Shown here: positions 63,034 through 64,000 of the stretch, piece after piece | Numbering within the stretch: the first letter of the stretch is position 1 | Layout: every line of letters begins with the position of its first letter | Source: Antedon mediterranea | Taxonomy: Eukaryota; Animalia; Echinodermata | Direction: 5' to 3' | Length of the DNA: 64,000 nucleotides | NCBI RefSeq assembly: GCF_964355755.1 | Contig: NC_092675.1 | Location: 27,314,912 to 27,378,911, forward strand | Program-made: the position numbers and the translations under genes | The notes under the pieces: generated by a model | Told to the model about the DNA's origin: nothing | The model's database searches: none | Seen by the model: only the letters and a program-made list of their open reading frames with translations

Positions 63034-64000
63034 GGCCAAATAAAAAAAAATACTTGTTAAGCGTCACACCCTCATAAATTTTCAGGGGCGGGGGGACGGT
63101 TTTTTTTTTTTTTTTTTAACTTTTTATGGAGGTATAATTTTGCGCGATGGACGTTTTGGCCCACTTTTTTTTTAGGACGAAACGTCAAACTTTTAAAATG
63201 CGAAACAGAACAAAATTGACTATGTATGAAATATTATTGCTTATGACAAAATTGAGTTTTGTATTGTTTATATCCAGACGTAATTAAAACATTAAATTTA
63301 ATTGCCACCGAGCGAAATTGTAGGCCCTAGACTAATCCGTCCAAGCTGCCACCCCGCCTCACTCATCGGCGGCCATGGTCCGCCGTCTCTCGCTCGACTC
63401 ATCTATCCAGGAAATTCCCTATCGCGAGAAGCATGATGTTGGTCTCAATAATACTAAATTATAGTGGGCTGATTTTGAAAACAGCTTACGGCATTTCTTA
63501 AGTGAATTTTTATTCAACGTATTCATTCTTCTTTGATGAATCCGTTGCCAATTGCTGTGTAAATCAGTATTTAAAGTTGTGATGCGAAAAGTGTGTGTAA
63601 TTATTCCACAGGTAAACCAGGCATAAGAAAACGCATCGCCGGGCCCATCGCCCAACAGGACCTCGTGGTGTGCCGATCTCGAGCGCGAGATCATCATAAA
63701 CAAAATTGGTAGAGTCCATTATGTATGGGGTGTTTCCTATTTACGAACCTATAAAAAACGCGTTTCGACCACTGTGTAGGCAAAATATTTATTTCAGTAA
63801 TCCCTAAATTGATAATCGTGTATTCTGTAATCACGTGACTGATGATGTAATCCTCAGCGACGTACTAAATGCACGTGATTTAATGTGTTGGGGAAAAAGC
63901 TTGCTGTTTACCACACATGATTCGCGGTGCTATTCGCGTTTCCTGACGTAAATCGGCGGCGTGTAAATGAAACAATTGTTTTCACCAAATTGCCGTTGTC
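63034..64000. mobile_element. Left end of a DNA element (Zator/Harbinger-like GG terminus) truncating the LINE; runs off the window
   Basis: LINE homology stops at CTCAACGTAA (63033) and GGCCAAATAAAAAAAAATACTTG begins after a TAA site; the other end is not visible. Confidence 0.5.

Overview
AT-rich metazoan genomic DNA with spliceosomal introns. It is not prokaryotic, and an invertebrate origin (possibly echinoderm-like) is my inference from sequence style. One host gene could be assembled by hand from GT-AG exons on the minus strand (42741->36137). It is a gp130/Domeless-type class I cytokine-receptor-like protein (Ig - cytokine-binding module - FN3 - TM) with a degenerate WSxWS, only one Cys pair and a short Box1-less tail. 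Most of the rest is nested mobile DNA. MITE-type and other non-autonomous elements include Harbinger/PHIS, Kolobok, piggyBac, hAT and Tc2-type MITEs and a Helitron. Coding remnants include an internally deleted Academ-type transposase, a Chapaev-type (RAG1-N-terminus-like) transposase and a Pangu-like two-gene PHIS element. There are also tRNA-derived SINEs and a CR1/L2-group LINE with an intact ORF2 inserted into an older copy of itself. Three further signals stand out: a 66-aa non-canonical ORF ending in an H1-like tail with two tandem histone 3' stem-loops; 18-36 bp hairpins with 7-bp target duplications (probable P-superfamily excision scars); and paralog-proven TA->TACAGTA/TACGGTA/TAGGCCTA micro-insertions. 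All calls come from reading the sequence; no searches were run.
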